24,000 nt of DNA from assembly GCF_012955605.1 (NCBI RefSeq), contig NZ_CP052135.1, positions 1,972,711 to 1,996,710 of the forward strand, read 5' to 3'. Under the pieces are notes generated by a model that was given only the letters and a program-made list of their open reading frames with translations, did no database searches and was not told where the DNA came from. Each line of letters begins with the position of its first letter. Within the stretch, counting starts at the first letter, position 1. The position numbers and the translations under genes were made by a program. Shown here piece by piece: positions 17,125 to 24,000 of this stretch. This stretch comes from Bacillus fonticola (lineage in GTDB: Bacteria; Bacillota; Bacilli; Bacillales; JC228).

Positions 17125-17538
17125 TTATATTTCTTGGTCGTAATCGCTTTCATCCTTTTGGGTTTCGAATTGAATCCCTACAACGTGGATGTTTACTTCA
17201 TCTACATCTAAAGCGGTCATATTGATTAAAGCTTGGCGAATGTTATCCTGGATTTGTTGGGCGACGTTTGGAATAGAAACACCAAAGTTTATAAAGCAAT
17301 AAACATCGACCACAATGCCTTCCTCAGCAAGATCTACTTTAATTCCTTTTCCGTGATTCTTTTTCCCAAGTCGTTCTGCCACACCAGAAGCAAAATTCCC
17401 TCGCATTTGCGAGACACCTTCTACCTCACTTGCGGCAATACCTGCAATGACCTCAATGACTTCTGGTGCAATTTCCACTTTTCCTAAACTCGAATTTTCC
17501 TGATTCATTTGCAACGGTTTTTGTTGTTGTTCGCTCAT
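17125..17538 (-). CDS. Asp23/Gls24-family alkaline shock protein (YqhY-like)
   Basis: 137 aa. GKVEIAPEVIEVIAGIAASEVEGVSQMRGNFASGVAERLGKKNHGKGIKV...NIHVVGI is the Asp23 family pattern. Position between accC and nusB matches B. subtilis yqhY. Confidence 0.85.
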   Translation of the reverse strand: MSEQQQKPLQMNQENSSLGKVEIAPEVIEVIAGIAASEVEGVSQMRGNFASGVAERLGKKNHGKGIKVDLAEEGIVVDVYCFINFGVSIPNVAQQIQDNIRQALINMTALDVDEVNIHVVGIQFETQKDESDYDQEI

Positions 17539-17558
17539 CGTTACACCTCCGTAGGTAT

Positions 17559-18911
17559 TTACGAATCGTACACGTCATGCAGTTCAAGGAACTTCGTGTT
17601 AAAATCCCCTTTCACAAACGTTTCGTGTGCAAGTAACCGTTCGTGAAATTCAATCGTTGTGTGTATGCCCTCAATAACAAATTCAGAGAGCGCTCTTTTC
17701 ATCCGAGCAATGGCTTCCTCTCGTGTCGAACCATGAACGATTAGTTTCGCTATCATGGAATCGTAGTACGGGGGAATTGTGTACCCTGGATAAACCGCAG
17801 AATCAACGCGCACACCTGGCCCTCCTGGAGGCAAATACATCTGTATTTTACCGGGCGAAGGCATGAACTGCTTTTGAGGATTCTCTGCGTTAATCCGACA
17901 TTCAATGGACCATCCGTTGAATGTTACTTCCTCTTGATTGACTGAAAGTGGTTTTCCAGAAGCAATAAGTAACTGCTCTTTAACGAGATCAATTCCGGTT
18001 ACCATCTCTGTTACTGGGTGCTCTACTTGAATACGTGTGTTCATTTCCATAAAGTAGAATGTCTGTTCTTTATGGTCATAAATAAATTCTATCGTTCCAG
18101 CCCCTTCATAATCAACAGCTTCGGCAGCCTTTACTGCTGCATTCCCCATTTTTTCACGAATTTCTGGTGTGATCGCTGGGGAAGGTGTTTCTTCAACCAA
18201 CTTCTGTAAGCGACGTTGAATCGTACAGTCACGCTCTCCTAGATGAATCGTGTTTCCGTGCTGGTCAGCAAGAACTTGAATTTCTACATGGCGAAAATCT
18301 TCTATGTACTTCTCTAAGTAGACACCAGGATTCCCAAAGGCCGTCATGGCTTCTTGTTGAGTAATATGAATCCCTTTTAGTAATTCTTTCTCGTCTCGTG
18401 CCACCCGGATCCCTTTTCCACCGCCACCTGCTGTTGCTTTAATAATAACAGGATAGCCGATCTCGTTCGCAATTTTTTTGGCATCTTCATCTGTTTCCAC
18501 AATTCCAGTAGAGCCGGGGACAATTGGCACATTCGCGCTTCGCATCGTTTCACGGGCCACATCTTTTGTGCCCATTCTTGAGATGGCTTCCCCACTCGGT
18601 CCTACAAAGGTTATGTGGCATTCTTTGCATAGTTCTGCAAAGTCAGCATTCTCACTTAAAAATCCATACCCAGGGTGAATCGCATCGCAATCAGTTAACT
18701 TAGCAATACTCATCATGTTTGAGAAGTTAAGATAGCTGTCTTTTGAAGGATGGGGGCCGATGCAATAGGCTTCGTCAGCAATTTGCACGTGTAAAGCTTC
18801 CTTATCACCCTCTGAATAAACTGCTACAGCTTCCATTCCTAGCTCATGACAGGCTCGAATAATGCGCACCGCAATTTCTCCTCGGTTCGCTACTAATACT
18901 TTACGAATCAT
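17559..18911 (-). CDS. accC: acetyl-CoA carboxylase biotin carboxylase subunit
   Basis: 450 aa. [21 protein letters not shown], the ATP-grasp glycine loop [13 protein letters not shown], and [14 protein letters not shown]. Confidence 0.96.
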   Translation of the reverse strand: MIRKVLVANRGEIAVRIIRACHELGMEAVAVYSEGDKEALHVQIADEAYCIGPHPSKDSYLNFSNMMSIAKLTDCDAIHPGYGFLSENADFAELCKECHITFVGPSGEAISRMGTKDVARETMRSANVPIVPGSTGIVETDEDAKKIANEIGYPVIIKATAGGGGKGIRVARDEKELLKGIHITQQEAMTAFGNPGVYLEKYIEDFRHVEIQVLADQHGNTIHLGERDCTIQRRLQKLVEETPSPAITPEIREKMGNAAVKAAEAVDYEGAGTIEFIYDHKEQTFYFMEMNTRIQVEHPVTEMVTGIDLVKEQLLIASGKPLSVNQEEVTFNGWSIECRINAENPQKQFMPSPGKIQMYLPPGGPGVRVDSAVYPGYTIPPYYDSMIAKLIVHGSTREEAIARMKRALSEFVIEGIHTTIEFHERLLAHETFVKGDFNTKFLELHDVYDS

Positions 18912-18924
18912 ATAGTTTCGCTCC

Positions 18925-19431
18925 TTACTCAGGGTTCACTAAGAACAACGGCTGACCATACTCCACCAGTTGTCCATCCTTTACTAAAATCTCTACAATT
19001 TCTCCAGTGGCCTCGGCTTCAATTTCATTAAACAGTTTCATTGCCTCTACAATACATACGACTGTAGAAGCATCCACTCGATCTCCTACTTTAACGTAAG
19101 TGTCGGCGTCAGGAGATGGCTTTTGATAGAACGTACCGACCATTGGACTCGTAATTTCTGTGAGTCCTTCCTTTTTATCGGGTTGTGGGACTGATACGGT
19201 AGATTCTTGAACAGCTGGCGATACTGCAGGTTGTTGTGCACCTGCTGTCTGTGCTACCGGTGCTTGTTGTACTGGCACTTGCGGGGCAGGTACTTGTACA
19301 GGTTCAGAAACAATGGTACCGGTCTTTTTTTTCATTTCAATCTTTGCACCGTCCAATTCATAGACGAATTCATCAATGGATGACTGATCGATGAGTTTTA
19401 TGATTTCACGAATTTCTTGCACTTTTAACAT
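18925..19431 (-). CDS. accB: acetyl-CoA carboxylase biotin carboxyl carrier protein
   Basis: The C-terminal biotinyl domain carries the [12 protein letters not shown] attachment motif, preceded by a Pro/Ala/Gln-rich linker. The ORF track starts at GTG 19440. RBS GGAGTG favours the ATG pair at 19434/19431. [25 protein letters not shown] aligns with the B. subtilis AccB N-terminus as I recall it, so I use 19431. Confidence 0.92.
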   Translation of the reverse strand: MLKVQEIREIIKLIDQSSIDEFVYELDGAKIEMKKKTGTIVSEPVQVPAPQVPVQQAPVAQTAGAQQPAVSPAVQESTVSVPQPDKKEGLTEITSPMVGTFYQKPSPDADTYVKVGDRVDASTVVCIVEAMKLFNEIEAEATGEIVEILVKDGQLVEYGQPLFLVNPE

Positions 19432-19492
19432 CATTGTCACTCCTTACATCCTTGTTCTTGCGCAGGTTCCTTATTTAGGACTAGCTACTAAT

Positions 19493-19522
19493 ATCATACG
19501 ATAAGAGAAAGACTTTGTACAA
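19493..19522 (-). promoter_or_regulatory. putative sigma-A promoter for accB-accC
   Basis: On the minus strand, -35 TTGTAC (19522-19517), an 18-nt spacer, then -10 TATGAT (19498-19493), about 60 nt upstream of accB. Hexamer match only. Confidence 0.3.
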
Positions 19523-19609
19523 TGCTTTAAAGAATTTCTACTTCAACATGCCCCCTCATTTTAAACAACCTGTATTAGTCATGATGTCTATTCTAATTAG
19601 GGGGGTGAT

Positions 19610-19655
19610 GGAATAATAGAAAACACGAGCATCAGGACGCCTGAGCTCGTGTTTT
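19610..19655 (-). terminator. intrinsic terminator of the spoIIIA operon
   Basis: A long hairpin pairs AACACGAGC-A-TCAGG / ACG / CCTGA-GCTCGTGTT (19622-19653; about 14 bp with one bulge). It begins directly after the spoIIIAH stop. The minus strand has a UUUUCUAUUAUU tail, and the plus strand also has a T-run, so it is potentially bidirectional. Confidence 0.85.
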
Positions 19656-19659
19656 TTAG

Positions 19660-20232
19660 TTATTCTGGTTGGAATTCAACGGCTACTGCGTTGATTGATC
19701 CCATTTCTGCGTAAACGAGCTGAATGATCTCATCTGCTGCTGTCCGAGAAAGTTCGTTAGCTTTGACAACAACTTTTACATCGTCACCGTTAGCTTGCAC
19801 AAGTGCATCTGAATAGCCTAAAGAACGAATAACTTTTTCTAAATCTCCTTCTACTGCCGAGAGTTCTTGCAAAGTTTGCATTTCATCCATTAACTCACTT
19901 TTTTCGAGGGCGGAGAGCTCACTAGAAGCAATCATATCTTCTAGTTCTTCCGTCTTCATGGAGCGGATGTCTGAACGTTCAAGACGTAAGGCTTCAAAAA
20001 CCTCGTCCCCAGCTTCTGCAAACATACCTTCCAACTCATCCGCATCAAACATGCTAGCGACATCTTCATTTGCTATTTCGTCTTCACTTACATTTTCCGT
20101 TGCTCCGCTTTCTTCTTCAACACTTGCCATGTTTCCAGGCCCACCTTCAGGGCTTGTAATGTAATACACACTCAGAACTACTACTAGACTTAACATCGTT
20201 AGAAGCCATACAGTTTGTTTTTTTAACAACAT
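19660..20232 (-). CDS. spoIIIAH: stage III sporulation protein AH (feeding-tube channel component, YscJ/FliF-like domain)
   Basis: 190 aa with an N-terminal TM anchor (TVWLLTMLSLVVVLSVYYI), an acidic linker and a C-terminal domain ending VKVVVKANELSRTAADEIIQLVYAEMG. It is the last gene of a syntenic spoIIIA operon. Confidence 0.85.
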   Translation of the reverse strand: MLLKKQTVWLLTMLSLVVVLSVYYITSPEGGPGNMASVEEESGATENVSEDEIANEDVASMFDADELEGMFAEAGDEVFEALRLERSDIRSMKTEELEDMIASSELSALEKSELMDEMQTLQELSAVEGDLEKVIRSLGYSDALVQANGDDVKVVVKANELSRTAADEIIQLVYAEMGSINAVAVEFQPE

Positions 20233-20236
20233 TTAC

Positions 20237-20941
20237 TTATTCCCCTTTCATGGGCAGTACAGCTACACGGTGGCTTGGAACATCCAGCGAGCGCGTTACT
20301 GCCTCAATGATCCATTTTTTTAATTGAATATTTTCAGCACCCTTTGCGACGACAAGCACCCCACGAACTTCTGGTTGCACCGTTCCCCGTAAGAGTGGAA
20401 TTTCCTTATCCCCTTCACGAATGATGACCACTTGCTTATCTATAGAAGAGTCTTCTACAGTACGTTTGCCACCTTCGCGATCCGTTTCGTTCGTCACTTG
20501 ACGATCCTCTACTACGTTTTTCTCATATTGCTTCATTTCTGAGGACTCCAGTGTAACGACAACTTGCACTTCATCAATGCCCATCGCATCCTCCAGTGCT
20601 GTTTTTAATTGGTCTTCAAAATACTTTTCATACTCAGCGATGGATGCATTCGATGCGGAGGCTTTTCCGTTTCCAAACGTCTCTACATCTTTAGAGGCAG
20701 TTTCCTCAAATGCTTCTATGGACGAATCCTGCTCTTCAGTCGGGGTAGTGAAACTGCTCACAGCCATGATGCCAACCCCTGCTACAAGTAGTACGGCTAG
20801 AAGGGGCCCTTTTGGTTTCTTCCCTTGTGATTTTTTTTCAGTAGCATCTTGCTGGGCTTCCTCTTTTGGTGGGAAGAAAAAATGTTTTAACTTTTGTAAT
20901 GGACTTGAATCGTTCCCTGTTTCGTTCATATTTCCCTTCAT
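20237..20941 (-). CDS. spoIIIAG: stage III sporulation protein AG
   Basis: 234 aa with a single TM (LLAVLLVAGVGIMAV) and a C-terminal ring-building domain (VVVTLESS...VRGVLVVAKGAENIQLKKWIIEAVTRSLDVPSHRVAVLP). The start overlaps the spoIIIAF stop (ATGA). Confidence 0.85.
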   Translation of the reverse strand: MKGNMNETGNDSSPLQKLKHFFFPPKEEAQQDATEKKSQGKKPKGPLLAVLLVAGVGIMAVSSFTTPTEEQDSSIEAFEETASKDVETFGNGKASASNASIAEYEKYFEDQLKTALEDAMGIDEVQVVVTLESSEMKQYEKNVVEDRQVTNETDREGGKRTVEDSSIDKQVVIIREGDKEIPLLRGTVQPEVRGVLVVAKGAENIQLKKWIIEAVTRSLDVPSHRVAVLPMKGE

Positions 20942-21567
20942 TCCCCCTCTCCTTCAAAGTAGACATTAAACGCAACCCCTTCCATACCCCAGGTCGACTG
21001 TAACCAGTCACGTATAGGTTCAATCTGTTTAACCGTCTGGGTATCCTCTTTCTTAGGTTCTCCTGTGTCAATGTCTACAATTTCAATGACCTCCACCGTG
21101 TCTTGTGTCTCGGAGTTTTCCTCATACGGCGTTAGTTGGATCGTCATGCTTTCAATGTCTTCTGGATACATCGTATCTAGATCTTTCGCTACTTCTACTT
21201 GCATGTCTGCTATTTCTACACCGTATTCATCTCTCAACTCCCCTTGTACGCTTTTCTTTAGTTGGACAGCCATCTGTTCTAACATATATGCACGTTGTGA
21301 GGCTTGTATTTCTGTTTTCTTTGTATCAAACAAATTTTCTGTCTGAACTTCTTTACTCCATTCGTCCATTTGAACCTGACCTAGCGCACTTTCAATGTCC
21401 TGGGAGACGAGTCGAAAAAGAGGGGAAAGAATAATCGTAATTAACAACAAACCTGTAACCATTTTTGTGTAGCGCTTTAAATTACTGTTTGGGAGCAACA
21501 TATCCACCAAAACAGCAAACAAAACGAAAATGAGAATATTCGAGATCCATTGAATCAGATATTCCAC
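20938..21567 (-). CDS. spoIIIAF: stage III sporulation protein AF
   Basis: From GTG 21567, the sequence (M)EYLIQWISNILIFVLFAVLVDMLLPNSNLKRYTKMVTGLLLITIILSPLF...KKTEIQASQRAYMLEQMAVQLKK is collinear with B. subtilis SpoIIIAF as I recall it. A strong RBS GGGGAGGTG lies 5 nt upstream. The extra 31 N-terminal codons in the track (to 21660) have no RBS and are Arg/Cys-rich. Confidence 0.85.
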   Translation of the reverse strand: MEYLIQWISNILIFVLFAVLVDMLLPNSNLKRYTKMVTGLLLITIILSPLFRLVSQDIESALGQVQMDEWSKEVQTENLFDTKKTEIQASQRAYMLEQMAVQLKKSVQGELRDEYGVEIADMQVEVAKDLDTMYPEDIESMTIQLTPYEENSETQDTVEVIEIVDIDTGEPKKEDTQTVKQIEPIRDWLQSTWGMEGVAFNVYFEGEGE

Positions 21568-21741
21568 CTGTGCACCTCCCCTTCGGCAATACCGAAATAG
21601 ACTTACTCTTCGTAAATGTCTAGCACCAGTCGAACAGGGGACGCGGCGTATGTCACCCATCCGTTAGAATGTTAAAGAAAAACTTCTCTCCAGTTCTGAG
21701 ATGGGCCGGTTCCCCTGACCAACCACCTTCCGCTTTCCGTT

Positions 21742-22965
21742 TCAACGCACCATCATCGTCACATTTCCGGCAGCAATAATCACAGTAAGGCTTAAAAAGA
21801 ACATTAGACTGACAATCGCCAAGGAAGCAAAAATATAAATAACGCTTTTACTAATAATGTCGAGACATTCAATAACAGGTCCTCCACCTAAAGGTTGAAG
21901 CAGTGCTGCTGATAGCTTATAAATAAACGCGATCATCAAAATCTTCAAGGCTGGAAATGCCACTATGACAAGTAGGATAACTACTCCCGCTAGTCCAACT
22001 GTATTTTTTAGTAGAACAGAAGCGTTGATGACTGTATCGGCAGCATCCGTAAACATCCGTCCGACAACAGGGATAAAGTTCCCTGTTACAAATTTCGCTG
22101 TTCGTAACGCTAGACCGTCTGTAACAGCAGCGGTGGCACCTTGTACAGAAATGACTCCTAGAAACACCGTCATAAATATAGCTAGTAAGCCGATGCTCCA
22201 TGTTTTTAATAATTGCGCTAGTTGCGTAACTTTGTGCTGCTCACTTAGTGTAGACACAATGCCTAACAATGCTGACAAGAACAATAAAGGGAGAATCACT
22301 GTATTAATAAAAAAGCCACTTGTATTCATTAAAAAGATGATAACTGGATGAAAGAAAGCTGCCGATACAAAACCTCCAGCGGATGCAATCAACGCTAACA
22401 ATAGTGGAATCATTGCAATGGTAAAGTGAATCATCGTTGTAATTGCATCGCTCGCATAATCCATAGCGATTTTAAAGCTATTCAAAGCAATAATGATCAG
22501 TACCATGTAAACAATGGCATACGCTACCTTACTGACCGTTCCAGATTCAAACGCACTTTGTAGCGTCTGTAGAAAGATGCTGAATATCGTCAATACGATG
22601 AGCGTACCGAGTAACTTTCCATTTGCAAGTATTTCGTAAAAAATAAATTGCAAAAATGCCTGAAACCATGCCTCGATGGAAAACGATTTCTCCCCGCTGA
22701 GGAAATCAAATAAACTGCCTTTTTGACTCTCCGGTAAAAATCCACCGTATTCATCCAATATGTCATTCCAAAATGAACTTAGCTCGTCCAACTCTAATGT
22801 TTCTAACTGATTTTGTACAAAACCCTCTTGGGAGAAAGTGCTCTCTTCAAGTATTTGTTCTTCTTCCCTTTCCTCACTGCTACTTGGTGCTTGTCCATTC
22901 GCAACTGATGAAAAGCTTGTGAGGAGAAATAGGATGAGCAGCAATCCACCGAGGAAACGCTTCAT
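21742..22965 (-). CDS. spoIIIAE: stage III sporulation protein AE (polytopic membrane protein)
   Basis: 407 aa with a signal peptide (LLLILFLLTSFSSVANG), followed by about 7-8 TM segments with the SpoIIIAE pattern (VTGNFIPVVGRMFTDAADTV). Confidence 0.9.
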   Translation of the reverse strand: MKRFLGGLLLILFLLTSFSSVANGQAPSSSEEREEEQILEESTFSQEGFVQNQLETLELDELSSFWNDILDEYGGFLPESQKGSLFDFLSGEKSFSIEAWFQAFLQFIFYEILANGKLLGTLIVLTIFSIFLQTLQSAFESGTVSKVAYAIVYMVLIIIALNSFKIAMDYASDAITTMIHFTIAMIPLLLALIASAGGFVSAAFFHPVIIFLMNTSGFFINTVILPLLFLSALLGIVSTLSEQHKVTQLAQLLKTWSIGLLAIFMTVFLGVISVQGATAAVTDGLALRTAKFVTGNFIPVVGRMFTDAADTVINASVLLKNTVGLAGVVILLVIVAFPALKILMIAFIYKLSAALLQPLGGGPVIECLDIISKSVIYIFASLAIVSLMFFLSLTVIIAAGNVTMMVR

Positions 22966-23004
22966 CAGCTCTCGCCTCTTTCCCTAATAGAACTTTTGCT
23001 CTGA

Positions 23005-23397
23005 TTATGTGCTTGGTAGTAGATTGAGTATCGTTTCAATGAGAACTGTCAAAATAGGAACGGCCATCGCTAAAATTAAAATCTTAGCACCTAATTCAAT
23101 TTTTGAAGCAATCGCACCTTGCCCCGCATCCTTTGAGATTTGTGACGCAAATTCAGCGATATAAGCAATCCCGATGATTTTCAAAATTGTTTCTACATAA
23201 ACAGTGCTTATATTAGCCTCAACCGCAATGCTTTCTACCATCTGAACAATGCGTGCAATCTCATCAATGAGAAAAAGGAATATCGTACAACCGACAAATA
23301 CGACAAACAAGAATGCAAAATTCGGCGTTTGTTCCTTAATAATGATAGCTAGGAACGTGGATACGAGCGCGATCCCGACAATTTGTAAAATATCAAT
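23005..23397 (-). CDS. spoIIIAD: stage III sporulation protein AD; apparent non-canonical ATT start
   Basis: The track ORF (TTG at 23310, 101 aa) lacks about 29 N-terminal residues. In-frame upstream translation gives (I)DILQIVGIALVSTFLAIIIKEQTPNFAF-LFVVFVGCT..., collinear with the B. subtilis SpoIIIAD N-terminus (MQIDIVQIVGLGLIATFLSLIVKEQKPTFAFLIVVFAGCA) as I recall it. No ATG, GTG or TTG exists between the in-frame TAG (23415-23413) and this segment. ATT at 23397-23395 sits 9 nt after RBS AGGGGG. Confidence 0.8.
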   Translation of the reverse strand: MDILQIVGIALVSTFLAIIIKEQTPNFAFLFVVFVGCTIFLFLIDEIARIVQMVESIAVEANISTVYVETILKIIGIAYIAEFASQISKDAGQGAIASKIELGAKILILAMAVPILTVLIETILNLLPST

Positions 23398-23412
23398 CGC
23401 AAACCGCCCCCT

Positions 23413-23619
23413 CTAGCCCTGAAATAGAAAGACCGATTTGATCTTATTAAATAAATCATCCACAATGGTTGCTAGTTGAAACAGAATATATAAAAACCCA
23501 AACAGCGTCACCCATTGTGCGTACTCCTTTTTCCCCATCTGATCCAACACCGTAACGAGAAACGCCACGATAATACCTATACCGGCGATTCGAAAAATGA
23601 TATCTGCATCCAATCCCAT
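23413..23619 (-). CDS. spoIIIAC: stage III sporulation protein AC
   Basis: 68 aa. MGLDADIIFRIAGIGIIVAFLVTVLDQMGKKEYAQWVTLFGFLYILFQLATIVDDLFNKIKSVFLFQG is nearly identical in pattern to B. subtilis SpoIIIAC. RBS is GAAGGAGGAG. Confidence 0.92.
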   Translation of the reverse strand: MGLDADIIFRIAGIGIIVAFLVTVLDQMGKKEYAQWVTLFGFLYILFQLATIVDDLFNKIKSVFLFQG

Positions 23620-23683
23620 TTGTTCTCCTCCTTCATGGCCCTTCCCACTTTTTCAGCGTGTGCCTGCGCTTTTACTTGTCCAC

Positions 23684-24000
23684 TTACATAAAGAGTACGA
23701 TTAATAGTAAGCCTGATAGCACACCCAAACTTTTGATCATCTTCTCGTATTTGGACTGGCGATCTCTTGCTTCAGTTTCTTCTCTCTCTAAATGGGTTAA
23801 GGCGAGAACGATTTGCTTTTGCTGTGTACCTCTGTCATGCTTCCCTAATGTTTGTCCAAATTGACTGAGCACCTCGAACTCACCCTTGTTGAGTGCCGTC
23901 CACTTCCAAACTTCTCGAAGTGAGGTTTCCCAAGCAACTGAAGCCGTTGTATCCGTTTCTATGAGTCGTTTGGAAAAACTCGAAAAAAGAAGAGCAATGG
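23684..24000 (-). CDS. spoIIIAB: stage III sporulation protein AB, C-terminal ~105 codons; 5' end beyond the window
   Basis: The track shows only the last 62 aa. Continuing the frame to the window edge gives ...IALLFSSFSKRLIETDTTASVAWETSLREVWKWTALNKGEFEVLSQFGQTLGKHDRGTQQKQIVLALTHLEREETEARDRQSKYEKMIKSLGVLSGLLLIVLFM. This is collinear with the B. subtilis SpoIIIAB C-terminal half as I recall it. Confidence 0.85.
   Translation of the reverse strand, partial: IALLFSSFSKRLIETDTTASVAWETSLREVWKWTALNKGEFEVLSQFGQTLGKHDRGTQQKQIVLALTHLEREETEARDRQSKYEKMIKSLGVLSGLLLIVLFM

Noticed and set aside
19551-19605. C5 tract (19551-19555) and G6 tract (19600-19605) that could clamp a roughly 45-nt loop upstream of accB
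   Set aside because: Only 5 G-C pairs form across a large unstructured loop, with no supporting inner helices or flanking signals. This is too weak to call an element.
21568-21660. 31-codon N-terminal extension of spoIIIAF in the track
   Set aside because: It is Arg/Cys-rich with no RBS. The conserved SpoIIIAF N-terminus starts at GTG 21567, directly after a strong GGGGAGGTG RBS. The upstream part is treated as noncoding spacer.
1-24000. Screen for CRISPR arrays, IS/transposase genes, integrases, phage genes, tRNA/rRNA genes and toxin-antitoxin or defence islands
   Set aside because: No spaced direct repeats, terminal inverted repeats, recombinase-like ORFs or tRNA-like cloverleaf candidates were seen. 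The gene content is conserved Bacillaceae core synteny, not an accessory island.

Overview
This window looks like a core chromosomal segment of a spore-forming Bacillaceae genome. About 43% GC and the gene content suggest an alkaliphilic Halalkalibacterium/Bacillus halodurans-like organism. All genes but one are on the minus strand. In window order they are: ptb (partial), a sigma-54 promoter, bkdR, a divergent small DUF2627-like membrane protein on the plus strand, a glycerophosphodiesterase, spo0A, spoIVB, recN, argR/ahrC, tlyA, dxs, a 4-TM membrane protein, a 679-nt ORF-free structured region, ispA, xseB, xseA, folD, nusB, an Asp23-family gene, accC, accB, and spoIIIAH-AG-AF-AE-AD-AC-AB (AB partial). 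No IS elements, CRISPR arrays, rRNA or tRNA genes were seen. The standout is the ispA / 679-nt noncoding gap / 4-TM protein / dxs arrangement. I interpret it as an OLE (ornate, large, extremophilic) RNA gene with its membrane partner OapA, a large ribonucleoprotein system whose mechanism is still poorly understood. Secondary observations: a nested-helix RNA-like element in an unusual 174-nt spacer inside the spoIIIA operon; an apparent non-canonical ATT start for spoIIIAD; a perfect palindrome that sequesters the recN Shine-Dalgarno; a textbook sigma-54 promoter with upstream direct repeats; and a cluster of 0A boxes upstream of spo0A. Several ORF-track starts were corrected from RBS position and remembered homologue N-termini (argR, dxs, spoIIIAF, spoIIIAD, accB, the GDPD gene). 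All identifications come from reading the sequence and recalling protein families. No searches were run.
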